NCBI GenBank assembly: GCA_965213705.1
Contig: OZ243913.1
Location: 3,328,001 to 3,392,000, forward strand
From: Trueperaceae bacterium
GTDB lineage: Bacteria > Deinococcota > Deinococci > Deinococcales > Trueperaceae
Direction of reading: 5' to 3'
DNA: 64,000 nucleotides
In this document: positions 38,712 through 49,345 of the stretch, piece by piece
Layout: the number at the start of each line of letters is the position of its first letter
Numbering within the stretch: position 1 is the stretch's first letter
Made by a program: the position numbers and the translations under genes
Notes under the pieces: model-generated
The model's database searches: none
Seen by the model: only the letters and a program-made list of their open reading frames with translations
Told to the model about the DNA's origin: nothing

Positions 38712-41700
38712 ATGCGCGCCGAAATGCGCCTTGCACGCTGGCTCCGGGTCGGTCCCTACTTGGCGACCGCCGCCATCCTCACCTTTTTGTGGCGGCCCGT
38801 CTTGTTTGCCGGCGAGCTTATCGAGTCGGGCGACCTGCTCACCCCCCTCACCATGCGGGCGTTGCGGCGGATGTTCTGGCCGTTTTGGAACCGCACCTTA
38901 GAGTTCCCCAACGTAGAGACCCTTGACCGGCTCGCCTGGATGGCCCCCTTTTTACTGCTGCCGAGCCCACTGCTGGCCCAAAACCTGATGTTTGCCGCGG
39001 CCCTGCTGGGGGCGGGCGTGTCGATGTTGTACGCCGCCAAGCGGCTGGGCGCGACGACCCTGCTCGCCGTGTTCGCCGCGGTGCTGTTCGCCTACAACCC
39101 GTTTGTGGCGGTGCGTTTGCAGCATTACTTCCAGTTGCCCGGTTACGCGGTGTTGCCCGCGGTCGTCGCCCTGTGGTTGAAACCCTACCCGCGCCGGACG
39201 CCTTTTGTCCTGGCGCTTCTCCTCACGCTCGGCTCGAGTACGCCCCACTACACGGTGTACTTGTGGTCGCTCGGCGCACTATGGCTCGTTTTTTACTTCA
39301 GCCCGGCGGCGTTGAAACGTTTTGCGGCGACATTGGGTTTGTACGTGCTGTTCAACCTTTACTGGCTGGTGCCGACCGCTGCATTCACAGGCGCAGCCGA
39401 CCTGGTGCCGAGCCGGCCGACCTGGGAACTGCTCGAGCTGTTTTCACGCCACGCCACACCCGCCGCGGTCGCCCGTTTGCAGGGCTACTGGTGGCCGCTC
39501 GCGGACACCCCCGTGGCCCCCGTTACGGCCTGGCTCGGCCTTGGCTTGCTGGCGGCGGCGCTGCTCGCTCTCGCCCGGCCGGGGCGCGACCGGTTGTTTC
39601 TGGCGACGGGCGCGCTGGTGTACGGCCTCGTCGCGCTGGGCACGAACATTCCTTTTCTCGCTGCGTTTTTGAGCTTGGAGAGCCCCGTAGCCGACCGGCT
39701 CGGCTGGCTGTTTCGCGACCCCGCCAAGGCGGTCGGGCCGCTGGCCGCCCTGCTTTTCTTGCTCGCGGCGGTAGGGTTGCGCGGAGGCCCGCGGCACATC
39801 GCCAAAAAATTGCACGCCCTTGCCGGGGCGCTGAGCCTCGGTTTGTTGGCCGCGTACGGGGTGTTCGCGTTTCAGGTGACCGGCCCCTACCTCCGCGCGG
39901 TTTACCAACCCCACGCGCCGCCCGCGGCCTTCTCACAGGCCAACGAGTGGCTGGAGGGCAAAGACGGACGCGTTTTATGGGTGCCGCAGTACTACGGGGC
40001 CACCACGTTTTGGAACGGCGACAACCTCACCCCGGAGTTTCCGACCCACAGTTCGGCGCTGCCGGTGTTGGGGCCGTACGGGTACGACGGACGCTCGGTG
40101 GTGAGCTATTTGAGCTTGTACTTCGGCGTCCTGCTGCGCAAAACGGACGCCGACCTGAGTAAAGTTCTGCGGGCCTGGGGCACGCGCTGGCTCGTGCATC
40201 ACCGCGACCTGCCGCCCTACCGCTTGCAACCCGAAAGCGCTTTTGACAACCAGGTCGAGCTGTTGCAGCCGAGTTTGGCGAGTCAAGACCTCAGAGAGGC
40301 CGCTACCTTCTCACCCCTGAGCATTTACGACGCGGGCGCGCCTGTGGGGGCCTACCTGCCGGGCCGGGTCTCGGTCACCGACAACCCCGTGGCCGCCCTC
40401 GTCACCCTGTCGAACTGGCCCGCGTACGCGCCCGAACGCTGGTCGTTTGTCGAAGCGCCGCACGTGGGCGTGCAAAACGTTACTTTGGCTCCCGGCGGCG
40501 ACGCGCGCGTCGTGCTGGCAGCCGGCTACCCGCTCGACTTGGCTCGAGCTACGGTGCGTTACGACCCCGAGCGCAACTGGTCGAGGCTCGGCGAGACGAC
40601 CCTCGGGTGGTGGCCCAACGCCCTCACGGTCGGTTTGCCCGCCGACGAGCGCGTCACGCTGCTCATGACCCGCGCGCCGGGTGCCCAGGTCGAGGTGCCC
40701 TTGAACGCTCCAGCGGGCGCTTACCGTCTTCTCGTCCGGGTATACAAAGGGCCGGAGGCCGGCGCGGTGCGGTTGGGGCTGGGGACGAACACCTACACCG
40801 TAGAGCTTTTCGCCCCGTCGCTCCGCAGCACCTGGCTCGACCTGGGCGAGTTGGACTTGGGCGCGTTAAATCCAGCCCTGACCCTGACCAACCTGGAGGG
40901 GTTCAACGTCCTGGCAGAGGTGAAACTCGTCCCGGTCGCCGCCTGGAAGGCGGCCGAAACCGCCCTGGCCGATTTGGGGCAAACCTGGCTTTGGCCCTCG
41001 AGCACGCTCTGTCGCGACCTGCGCCCGAGCGAGGCCGCGCCCGTGACGGTTTCAGCCGGGGAGCGCGACCTGCCTTTTGCACAAACGTTCGCGGGTGCAG
41101 GCTTGTGGAACGACTACCAAACGGTCACGCTGGAAGTGTACGGCGACGGGCAGGACCGACCGGTCGAGCTGTGGACGCAGGTCGAGGACACCTGGCTTTT
41201 TTTGGGCGACACGCGTACCTGGTGGCGGGGTTGGCGGACGGTTCACCTACCGGTGAGGGCGCAGGACTTCGTGTTCGTCGCCAGCGGCAGCTTTGCGTCC
41301 GCCGACAACCTCAAGTTTGTCACCCCCGAAAGCGGTGGGGGTGCGGCTCTGCGGGTGCGCGAAGTGCGTTTGGCCTCGAGCCCGAGCTGCTCGTTGCAGT
41401 TCAGTTCAGGCCGCGCGGGCGCGGCGACGCTGAGCTTGTCGGCCGAGCGGCCCGTCAGCCTCACGGTAAACGGGCAAGCCGTGAACGTGCGCAGTGAGGC
41501 ACCCGCGCAAGTCGACTTGCGCGCCGGTACGAACGCGTTGGAGATTGCGCTCGCCGACGTCGGAAGTGTGCGGGGCGTCGTCGTGACGACCGGCAGCGCG
41601 ACTTTCGGCGCGCCGGGAACGGCGCTGGCCGAGACCGCGGTCGGCACCGAGGTCGCTTGCGGCGACACCTGGCGACTGGCAGTCGCCACGCCGCTATACC

Positions 41701-41927
41701 TACCTGGCCTGCCCGGCATTTTGAAAAGAGCCCAGCTCGCCGCAGCACCGGTCAACTACCTGCGGGCGGGCTATTGGGTACCCCCCGGCGCGTGCGGCGA
41801 GCTGCGTGTTCGCAACACCTGGGCGCTGCTGGGGGAGGTCAGCTTGCTCGCCAGCGTCACGACGCTGGCGGTGGCGGGCTGGACTTTTTTGGGACGGCGG
41901 CGCGTCGGCGCGGGCGGAACCGAGTGA
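38712..41927 (+). CDS. Large GT-C-fold membrane protein (AftD/DUF3367-like) with extracellular carbohydrate-binding-like domains
   Basis: About 12 N-terminal TM segments with LFAYNPF, RLQGYW, LFRDPAK, GRVLWVP; beta-rich C-terminal domains; C-terminal TM plus RRR. Confidence 0.68.
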   Translation: MRAEMRLARWLRVGPYLATAAILTFLWRPVLFAGELIESGDLLTPLTMRALRRMFWPFWNRTLEFPNVETLDRLAWMAPFLLLPSPLLAQNLMFAAALLGAGVSMLYAAKRLGATTLLAVFAAVLFAYNPFVAVRLQHYFQLPGYAVLPAVVALWLKPYPRRTPFVLALLLTLGSSTPHYTVYLWSLGALWLVFYFSPAALKRFAATLGLYVLFNLYWLVPTAAFTGAADLVPSRPTWELLELFSRHATPAAVARLQGYWWPLADTPVAPVTAWLGLGLLAAALLALARPGRDRLFLATGALVYGLVALGTNIPFLAAFLSLESPVADRLGWLFRDPAKAVGPLAALLFLLAAVGLRGGPRHIAKKLHALAGALSLGLLAAYGVFAFQVTGPYLRAVYQPHAPPAAFSQANEWLEGKDGRVLWVPQYYGATTFWNGDNLTPEFPTHSSALPVLGPYGYDGRSVVSYLSLYFGVLLRKTDADLSKVLRAWGTRWLVHHRDLPPYRLQPESAFDNQVELLQPSLASQDLREAATFSPLSIYDAGAPVGAYLPGRVSVTDNPVAALVTLSNWPAYAPERWSFVEAPHVGVQNVTLAPGGDARVVLAAGYPLDLARATVRYDPERNWSRLGETTLGWWPNALTVGLPADERVTLLMTRAPGAQVEVPLNAPAGAYRLLVRVYKGPEAGAVRLGLGTNTYTVELFAPSLRSTWLDLGELDLGALNPALTLTNLEGFNVLAEVKLVPVAAWKAAETALADLGQTWLWPSSTLCRDLRPSEAAPVTVSAGERDLPFAQTFAGAGLWNDYQTVTLEVYGDGQDRPVELWTQVEDTWLFLGDTRTWWRGWRTVHLPVRAQDFVFVASGSFASADNLKFVTPESGGGAALRVREVRLASSPSCSLQFSSGRAGAATLSLSAERPVSLTVNGQAVNVRSEAPAQVDLRAGTNALEIALADVGSVRGVVVTTGSATFGAPGTALAETAVGTEVACGDTWRLAVATPLYLPGLPGILKRAQLAAAPVNYLRAGYWVPPGACGELRVRNTWALLGEVSLLASVTTLAVAGWTFLGRRRVGAGGTE

Positions 41928-43045
41928 GCGGTTCCGCCCGGCACATCGTAATGGTGAGCTGGAAAGACGTTTCTCACCCCAAGCGGGGCGGAGCCGAAAC
42001 CTATACCCTGACGGTGCTCCACGGCTTGCGGCAGCAGGGTTATAGGGTTACCTGGCTCGTGCCCGCGGTACAGGGTTTGCCGGCGGGAGAGGTGACCTCC
42101 GGCGGCGTTCGGATTGTGCGGGGCGGCGGCACCTTTACGCACCTCTTACACAGCTGGCGCTACCTGCTCGCAAACCGAAACGCCGTCGACCTCGTCATCG
42201 ACCAAGTCAACGCTTACCCGATGCTGACCTGTCTGGTCGTGCCGCCGCGCAAAGGGATGGTGCTCCTTCACCAACTCAGCCGTGAGGTGTGGTTTTACGA
42301 ACTGCCCCGCCCGCTGGCCCGGGTCGGCTACCACCTCGAGCCGCTACTGTTGCGGCTCTACCGGCGCTGGCCTGCGGTAACCGTGTCGCAGAGCAGCGCC
42401 GCGGACTTGCGCGGCCTCGGCTTCAAAAACGTCACGGTCGTCGAAAACGCCCTGCCTTTTCCGCTGCCGCCGCAACGAACGCGAACCCGGCCCGAACCGC
42501 CTCACTTCGTCGGCCTGGGCCGACTGGTCAGGATGAAGCGTTTTGAAGACTTGCTCGAGGCTTTTACCGAAGTCAGGCGGACCCTGCCGAGCGCAAAACT
42601 CACGATTATCGGCCGCGGGGGCAGCGCTTACGCCGCAGAGCTTGCGCAAAAAGTGCGGGCCACGGACGGCGCTACGCTGCTTAAAGACGCCCCCGAAAAC
42701 CTTAAACACGAAACGCTCGCCGCGGCCACGGCGGTAGTCGCCACCTCGGTGCGCGAAGGCTGGGGGCTTATGGTGACCGAGGGCCACGCTTACGGCACGC
42801 CGTCGGTCGCCTACCGGTTGCCCGGCCTGCAAGACTCGACACGGGACGGTGTCGACGGGCTGCTCTGCTCCCCCCACCCGCAAGCTTTGGCCGGAACGAT
42901 GCTGGCGCTGCACGAAAACTCGGCGCGGTGGGAAGCGTTCAGCCGTGCGGCGTACAGCCGCGTCGCAGAGTTGACAACCGCACGCCAAACACGCGAGTTT
43001 GGCGAACTCGTCGCTCGACTCCTCGAACACCGCCCCGCCGTGTGA
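41924..43045 (+). CDS. GT4 glycosyltransferase (Rv0225-like)
   Basis: WKDVSHPKRGGAE, VSQSS, GRLVRMK, EGWGLMVTE. Confidence 0.88.
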   Translation: MSGSARHIVMVSWKDVSHPKRGGAETYTLTVLHGLRQQGYRVTWLVPAVQGLPAGEVTSGGVRIVRGGGTFTHLLHSWRYLLANRNAVDLVIDQVNAYPMLTCLVVPPRKGMVLLHQLSREVWFYELPRPLARVGYHLEPLLLRLYRRWPAVTVSQSSAADLRGLGFKNVTVVENALPFPLPPQRTRTRPEPPHFVGLGRLVRMKRFEDLLEAFTEVRRTLPSAKLTIIGRGGSAYAAELAQKVRATDGATLLKDAPENLKHETLAAATAVVATSVREGWGLMVTEGHAYGTPSVAYRLPGLQDSTRDGVDGLLCSPHPQALAGTMLALHENSARWEAFSRAAYSRVAELTTARQTREFGELVARLLEHRPAV

Positions 43046-43159
43046 GAGCGCCCCGCCGTTTGAGCAGAGTCGAAGGTGTTGCTTGAGACGTATTAAGGCA
43101 GACAACCGCCCAGCTCACGACTTAGGTGGGTCCGCAAGGGCCGGCTCGAGCGTTCGACC

Positions 43160-43354
43160 TCAGTAAAACAGCCGAAAGTAGCCGAGGGAAAACAGCAAAG
43201 AACCCAGCGTGATAAACCCGAAACCCAGAAAGGTGTAGATGGCGGTTTTGCTGATGCCCTTGCCCGCCTGAGCCCGAAAGCGGAACGCCTGTCCGAACAT
43301 ACCGAAGCCGGACAGGACAAAAATGAGGCCTATCGTGAACACGAACCAGTCCAT
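43160..43354 (-). CDS. Small two-TM membrane protein
   Basis: 64 aa, two hydrophobic helices with a basic loop. Confidence 0.55.
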   Translation of the reverse strand: MDWFVFTIGLIFVLSGFGMFGQAFRFRAQAGKGISKTAIYTFLGFGFITLGSLLFSLGYFRLFY

Positions 43355-43611
43355 ACAGCTACCCTACCAGAAAAGTGCCGAAATTGTTTGAAAGCTGGCG
43401 CGCAAGTTTTCAATCACGCTCCACCCAACGCCCGAGTCCGCCGGGTCGTCACGGCGTTCCGTTCACGCACCGTCCGTCTTTGATGCCACCGGGCCGACGC
43501 TTTTGCTCAGCCGGAAACGGTGGGCGTACCCGAGAAGCGTTCCCAAGCTTTTTGCTCCAGAGTTGGAAAAACTCGTCGAGTATAGGAGTAGATGAGGACT
43601 AGAGCCCCCGC

Positions 43612-44517
43612 CTACAGCAGCGCCGTTTTCAGGTAATGCACCCACAACCCCTGGTACCAGCCGTAGCTTTCGGCCAGCTTGGCCGCATCGCCGCGGCTGA
43701 TGCTGAGGCCGCCCGTGTAGGCGCGCGACACGCCCTCCAGCAGCCAAGTATCTGTCCACGGGCTCCGCTCGTAGCGCCCCAAACCGCGCAGCATAACGTA
43801 CTGCACCGACCAGTCGCCCAGGCCCGGAAACGTCTTGACACGGCTGTAAACCTCGTCGTAGGGCGCAGTCCGCAAAAACGTCTCGTCCTCGGCCAGCAGC
43901 GCCCTTGCCAAGGGCAACAGTCTTTCGGTCTTGCGGGTGTTGTTCGTCGCGGCCAAAACGAGCGGGGGCGCGTCCGGGTCGAGAAAGGCTGACGGCTCGG
44001 GAAAAACTGTGTAGGTTTCACCGTCCATACTCAGCGCAGAACCCAAAGTCTCGCTCAGCGCCGCCATCGTTTTGAACGCGAAGCTGTTGGGCGTCCGCTG
44101 GGTGACGAGCGCCCAGCACAAGCAGGTGAACAGCGTCGGGAACTTGACCTGGTGGTAGCCGTAGAGCTGCTCCAACACGGGCCGAAACGCGTCGTCCCGG
44201 CGAGCATGGGCGTAGAACGGCGTCAGGTCGTCGTCCAAGCCGAGGTACCACCGCAGGTGCTCGAGCACCCTCTCGACCCGTTTCTTACGAAGCGCGTCCG
44301 GCGCGGTAAGAACGGCGCGGAGTTCGGGACGCTCCACCGTGCCCGTAGAGCTGAGTTCGACGAGCACCGGGCCGTCGCCCACCCGAAAAGCTTGAGTGAG
44401 GCTGTTCGCCCCCACTCGTTTGTAAACGCCGTCGGCCTGAAAACGCGCCAGCACCGCCAGCGTGCGGGCAAAGTCAAAGGGCGGCGTCGGCGTCAGCGTC
44501 CGGGTAACTGTGTTCAT
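43612..44517 (-). CDS. DNA-3-methyladenine glycosylase (AlkA-like, HhH-GPD)
   Basis: PPFDF, FPEP, HhH motif FPGLGDWS, P.TD catalytic Asp. Confidence 0.82.
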   Translation of the reverse strand: MNTVTRTLTPTPPFDFARTLAVLARFQADGVYKRVGANSLTQAFRVGDGPVLVELSSTGTVERPELRAVLTAPDALRKKRVERVLEHLRWYLGLDDDLTPFYAHARRDDAFRPVLEQLYGYHQVKFPTLFTCLCWALVTQRTPNSFAFKTMAALSETLGSALSMDGETYTVFPEPSAFLDPDAPPLVLAATNNTRKTERLLPLARALLAEDETFLRTAPYDEVYSRVKTFPGLGDWSVQYVMLRGLGRYERSPWTDTWLLEGVSRAYTGGLSISRGDAAKLAESYGWYQGLWVHYLKTALL

Positions 44518-44588
44518 AAGCCCCACACCTGCCTCATCACGACCGGAGATGTCGAAGTCGTTCTCGCGGTTGAATTCTAACGCTGCTT

Positions 44589-45185
44589 TCAGTTCAACTC
44601 GTCGAGCGTGAGCAAAAAACTGGGCACGTAGGTCTCGAGAAACACCTTTACCTCGGGGGACTCGAGCCGCGCCAACTCGGTTCGAATCGCTTTTTCGGCC
44701 TGGACGAACTCGCCGTTGCCGGTTTTGAGTTCTTCCAAACATTTTAGGTAAGCGCAAATTTTGTCGGCGGCGCGCACCAACGCCCAGGCCGCCTCGTCGG
44801 CACCGTCGGGGAAAAAGAGGGTTTGGTAAGTCGGGCGCAGCGCCTCGGGCAGCATGTCGAGCAGTTTTTCCTTGGCGACGACTTCGATGTCACGGTAAGC
44901 CTGTTTGATTTGCGGGTTGAAATACTTGATGGGTGTGGCGAGGTCGCCGGTAATCACCTCGCTCGAGTCGTGAAACAGCGCCAGCGTCGCGGCCCGTTCG
45001 GGGTTGACCGCGCCGCCGAAGTGGGTGTTTTCGATGACAGCCAGCGCGTGCGCGATCATGGCGACTTGCAGACTGTGCTCCATGATGTTTTCAGTTTCGG
45101 TGTTGCGCATGAGGCCCCAGCGGTCGATAAACTTCATGCGGGCCAAGTAGGCGAAAAAGTGGCTGGGTTCGTTCGTAGCTTTCAC
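44589..45185 (-). CDS. yfbR: 5'-deoxynucleotidase (HD domain)
   Basis: SHFFAYLARMKFIDRWGLMRN, EHSLQVA, FHDSSE, DLATPIKY, ADKICAYLKC; start approximate. Confidence 0.9.
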   Translation of the reverse strand: MKATNEPSHFFAYLARMKFIDRWGLMRNTETENIMEHSLQVAMIAHALAVIENTHFGGAVNPERAATLALFHDSSEVITGDLATPIKYFNPQIKQAYRDIEVVAKEKLLDMLPEALRPTYQTLFFPDGADEAAWALVRAADKICAYLKCLEELKTGNGEFVQAEKAIRTELARLESPEVKVFLETYVPSFLLTLDELN

Positions 45186-45210
45186 AAAAAGCCAGCCTAA
45201 CATCCCGGGT

Positions 45211-46002
45211 CTAACCCCGGGTCTCCCGAGCTTGCGCCCGCGTCCTCGCCACGCCGCGCAGCACGAACACGTAACCGACCACGCCGATGAGCGCGAACGA
45301 AAACCACTGCAGCGCGTAGCCCAGGTGCGGCCCGTCGCCGAACTCGGGCGGTTTGAGGGGCAAGGGCAACTCGCTGGTTTGCGCGGGCGACTGCGCGGTC
45401 AACTCGACGTAGAGGGGCAACAGGGTGTAGGGCAGCTGCTGTTCTAAACGGTCCGTGTCGACGTAAGCGGTGATGGCGAGTTTGCCCGGCGGGTCGCGCG
45501 GGGTGAGGCCTGAGCCCAGGCCCGTCGGCCGCTTTTGCTCGGGTTGCACCACGCCGGTAAGCCTGACTTCACCCTCCGGCGGCAGCGCAGCGTGGACGGG
45601 CGGCGTCTCCAGGTCGAAGGGCACCCAGCCGCGCTCGACCAGTACGGCTTCCTTGTTACTCAAAACCAGCGGCGTCAGCACGAAGTAGCCGGGTTGCCCG
45701 TCGTAGTCGCCGCCGCCGCGCAGCAAGACCTCGTGGGCAGGGTCGTAGCGGCCGGTCACGGTGACGGGGCGGTAAGCGCTGCTCCGGAGGTCGCTCGGCG
45801 GGGCGTCGGGCCGGGTTTCGGCAAGCAACTTGTCGAGGGGTTCGGGCTCCAGCGCCAGACGCGTCTCGAGCAGGGCGTTTTGCTCCTTGCGCTGCTCGAG
45901 CCTGTGCAACTGCCAAACTCCGAAGTTGACAAACAACACCGCTAACGCCACACCTAAACCGTGCAACACCAACCAGCGGGGTTTGAGTAAAAAGCGGTAC
46001 AT
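45211..46002 (-). CDS. SURF1 family cytochrome oxidase assembly protein
   Basis: GVWQLHR, GYFVLTPL, VERGWVP, HLGYALQWF. Confidence 0.92.
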   Translation of the reverse strand: MYRFLLKPRWLVLHGLGVALAVLFVNFGVWQLHRLEQRKEQNALLETRLALEPEPLDKLLAETRPDAPPSDLRSSAYRPVTVTGRYDPAHEVLLRGGGDYDGQPGYFVLTPLVLSNKEAVLVERGWVPFDLETPPVHAALPPEGEVRLTGVVQPEQKRPTGLGSGLTPRDPPGKLAITAYVDTDRLEQQLPYTLLPLYVELTAQSPAQTSELPLPLKPPEFGDGPHLGYALQWFSFALIGVVGYVFVLRGVARTRAQARETRG

Positions 46003-46135
46003 GAGAAGGCCAGTAGGCGGTGGCTAGCAGCTTACATTCCTACGAGCTACTAGCCACCGGCTACAAACCCCCACAACACCGTTTGAACGAAACACAACTC
46101 GCACTCACCCGCATTACGACCACCTCAAGGCCACC

Positions 46136-47041
46136 TTAAACGAAGAAGGCCCTATCGAGCGACATCACCAGAAAAAGCAGCGCTAAGTAGAGCATCGAGT
46201 ACTTATACAGCGGCAGCGCCGCCTTTTTGTCGATACTCCGGCCCGCTCGAACAACCTGATAAAGCTGCCCCACCCGCAGCGCCAGCAACAGGTTGAGGCC
46301 CAACGCCGCGACGAAGTAGACCACGCTGAACTCGTCCAGAAAAAACGGCGTGAGGGTCAAGACGATGGTGAGGACTGCGTACATCACCATCTGCAACACG
46401 GTCGCGCGCTCGCCGATGACGACCGGGGCCATCGGCACACCGACCGCCCGGTAGTCGTCCTTGATCATCAGTGCCAGCGCCCAAAAGTGAACCGGCGTCC
46501 ACACGAAAATGACCGCGAACAAACCCCAAGCGAGCAGGCTCAACTCGCCCGTCACCGCCGCCCAGCCGACCAGCGGCGGAATCGCGCCGGCCGCGCCGCC
46601 GATGACGATGTTTTGCCAGGTGGTGCGCTTGAGCCACATCGTGTAGATAAGCACGTAAAAGGCGATGCCCGCCCACGACAACAGCGCCGCCAGCACGTTC
46701 GAAACAGCCGTAATGATAAGAAACGAACCCACCGTCAGGCTTATGGCGAAGAGCAGCGCGTTTTTGACCGGAATCACCGCGGTGACGGTCGGCCGCTGGG
46801 CGGTGCGCTTCATGCGCAGGTCGATGTCGCGGTCGTAAACCATGTTGTAGACGCCCGCCGCGCCCGCCGACATGTAGCCGCCCAGCAGCACTCCCAACAG
46901 CGGTAGCAGGCCCGGAAACCCCCTGGCGGCAACAAACATGGCTCCCACCGTGGTCAGGAGCAGCAGGCTGATGACTTTGGGCTTGGTCAGCGTGAGGTAG
47001 TCGCGCCAAGTGGCTTTGGGGGTGGCGGCGACGCTGGTCAT
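46136..47041 (-). CDS. ctaB: Heme o synthase (protoheme IX farnesyltransferase)
   Basis: [43 protein letters not shown]. Confidence 0.95.
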   Translation of the reverse strand: MTSVAATPKATWRDYLTLTKPKVISLLLLTTVGAMFVAARGFPGLLPLLGVLLGGYMSAGAAGVYNMVYDRDIDLRMKRTAQRPTVTAVIPVKNALLFAISLTVGSFLIITAVSNVLAALLSWAGIAFYVLIYTMWLKRTTWQNIVIGGAAGAIPPLVGWAAVTGELSLLAWGLFAVIFVWTPVHFWALALMIKDDYRAVGVPMAPVVIGERATVLQMVMYAVLTIVLTLTPFFLDEFSVVYFVAALGLNLLLALRVGQLYQVVRAGRSIDKKAALPLYKYSMLYLALLFLVMSLDRAFFV

Positions 47042-48018
47042 TCGGTCGCTTTCCGGTACGGGGTGGCTCGAGCCGCCCGCGGCGCGGCCGCGTAGCCGAG
47101 CGTGTAGGCGCTGAGCGCGGTGAGTAAAGCGAAGGCCAACACGGCGGTTCCTAAGTGCAGCAGTTGCAGCGCGACGGGCGCCAAGAAAGCTAGGTTCAGG
47201 GTGCCGATGGCGAGCTGGGCTAGGTAAACGCCGAACAACACTTGGGCCAACCGCCCGGCCTCCGGTACGGGTTTGAGCAAACGGCTCAGCCCCAACGCCA
47301 AAAACAAGTAGATTCCCACCGCCACCGCAATGACCGGGTGCAACAAACGAAGCCGGATGAGGATGTTGGAAGCCGGGTCGAAGTCGGCGGCCAGCCCCGC
47401 GCGCAAACTCTCCGACGGAAACATGGTGTTGCCGAGCGCGGCGACGCCGCCCGAGAACATCAACACCAACATGCCGACCAGGCCGACCAACAACACCGTC
47501 GCCACCCCGCCTTGGTGCGCTATACGCAGCGGCCACGGCGCTCTCGAACGGGCGTACACCACCGTAAGGGTCAGCGTGCCGACGAGGAGGAGCGAGTTAA
47601 CTAGGTGGGTCGCGACCATCACCCCTCGAGCCGTGGACGCGGTTTCACCGGTAAGCCCGAGCAGCACCGTAGCCGCGCCCAGCAAGGCCTCGACAATCAA
47701 GAACACGAACGCGGCCGTGGCGAAGACAAACAAACCCGGCTGCGCCCTGCGCGCCCGGAAGGCCCGCACCAACAGCCAAACCCCCAGCGTGAGGACAGCA
47801 AACGACAGCAACCGGTGCGAGAACTCCACGAGCGTTTCGACGCCCGCGCCCAGCGGGACGATGGTGCCGTTGCAAGTCGGCCAGTGACTGCCGCAGCCCG
47901 CGCCCGCGCCGGTCGCCCGAACGAAGGCACCTTGGAGAATAACCACGGTGTTGCCGAGGAGCGCCGCCCACGCCAACCGCCCCAGCGGCACCCCGAAAAA
48001 CCAACCTGTGAGCTTCAC
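47038..48018 (-). CDS. ctaA: Heme A synthase (COX15/CtaA)
   Basis: [18 protein letters not shown], additional conserved His residues; adjacent to ctaB. Confidence 0.88.
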   Translation of the reverse strand: MKLTGWFFGVPLGRLAWAALLGNTVVILQGAFVRATGAGAGCGSHWPTCNGTIVPLGAGVETLVEFSHRLLSFAVLTLGVWLLVRAFRARRAQPGLFVFATAAFVFLIVEALLGAATVLLGLTGETASTARGVMVATHLVNSLLLVGTLTLTVVYARSRAPWPLRIAHQGGVATVLLVGLVGMLVLMFSGGVAALGNTMFPSESLRAGLAADFDPASNILIRLRLLHPVIAVAVGIYLFLALGLSRLLKPVPEAGRLAQVLFGVYLAQLAIGTLNLAFLAPVALQLLHLGTAVLAFALLTALSAYTLGYAAAPRAARATPYRKATE

Positions 48019-48335
48019 CCTGCCACCTTCTTTTCTTGTCAGCTCGTTTCTTCGCCCTTTTCTCACACGTCTCAACTCCACAGTATAGCCGCTAAAACCC
48101 CGCGGAAACCGAGGACAATTGTCCTTCAGCACAGGTTTTGGGCCTGTCGTGGCCGCCGCGCCGAGCGCGCACGCGCGGCTCGAGCCGAGTTTAACCGGTA
48201 AGCTGGCGGCTTCAGTGTGACCCACGGCAGGAACCCCCGACGCGTCGTTGTCGGTTTGCCATTAGTCGGTGTGCTGTTATCGGTGTGTCGTTGTCGGCTC
48301 GCCCCCTGCCCGCGCCGCCCGTTAAGATAGCCCCT

Positions 48336-49025
48336 ATGCGCGTTTTAGCTGTTTTTGCCCACCCGGACGACGAGCTGAGCTGTCTCGGCACCCTGAAAAA
48401 ACACGCCGAGCGCGGCGACGACACGATGTTGGTTTGGACCACGCACGGCGAGTTGGCAAGCCAGTTCGTCGCGGAAAGCGAGGCCGAGGTGCGCCGAATT
48501 CGGCTCGAGCACGGCGCTTGGGTCGCCAAGAAAGTCGGCGCTCGTTACCACTTTTTCGACATGGGCGACTCGCGTATGACCGGCTCGAGGGCCGAGGCCT
48601 TGCAAGTCGCCCGCCTCTACTCCGAGTTCAAACCCGACGCCGTCCTGACCTGGAGCGACGACCACCCGCACCCCGACCACCGCATGACGGCCAAAATCGC
48701 CTTCGACGCGGTTACCCTGGCGCGCATCCCCAAAATCTTGAGCGAACAAAGCCCGGAGACCTTAGCACCTCACCGCGACGCGGTCAGGTTTTTTCAGTAC
48801 CCGTCGTCGGCTTTCAACCGCCCGGTCGTTCACGTCGACATCAGCGAGCACATCGACACGGTTACGGAAATTTTTGAGTTTTACCAAGGTTTTTACGGCT
48901 GGAAGTACACGCCCGAGCAGTTTCGCCAGGGTCGGGCCGCGCTCGGCCGAGACAGCGGCGTCGACTACGCCGAAAAGTTCCAGCGCCGCAGCGCCGTCAC
49001 GCCCGCCGTGGACTACCTGGTTTAA
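48336..49025 (+). CDS. PIG-L family deacetylase (BshB1-like)
   Basis: AHPDDE, TTHGE, HPDH; -10-like TAAGAT just upstream of ATG suggests a leaderless transcript. Confidence 0.85.
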   Translation: MRVLAVFAHPDDELSCLGTLKKHAERGDDTMLVWTTHGELASQFVAESEAEVRRIRLEHGAWVAKKVGARYHFFDMGDSRMTGSRAEALQVARLYSEFKPDAVLTWSDDHPHPDHRMTAKIAFDAVTLARIPKILSEQSPETLAPHRDAVRFFQYPSSAFNRPVVHVDISEHIDTVTEIFEFYQGFYGWKYTPEQFRQGRAALGRDSGVDYAEKFQRRSAVTPAVDYLV

Positions 49026-49084
49026 GACCGCTTGGTTTAAAACCATCTGGTTTAAGACCGCCGGTTTAGGACTACCTGGTTTAA
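49011..49084. repeat. 15-bp tandem repeat of the gene 3' end (gactacctggtttaa) x5
   Basis: Units start at 49011, 49026, 49041, 49056 (14 bp) and 49070; first and last are identical. Confidence 0.9.
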
Positions 49085-49345
49085 ACGTCAGGTCTGAACG
49101 TTACAGCGGGGCTGGTTTGGGTGGGTCCGGCTCGAGCGGGGTTTGTGAGCCGGCTTTTGGGGGTGACACACGGCGCTCTCACAGTCCTTAGTCATGATTG
49201 GTTAGAGTAAAGCGTAAACGCTCGCCGGGCGTGTTTGTTAAACTGAGGTGTTTGTCGCACCGGCACGCTCCAGCGGCACACACGCTGTCAACGCCGCAAA
49301 ACACGTTTGGCTTTGAACCGGGTCGACCCAGCATCGGAGGATATT

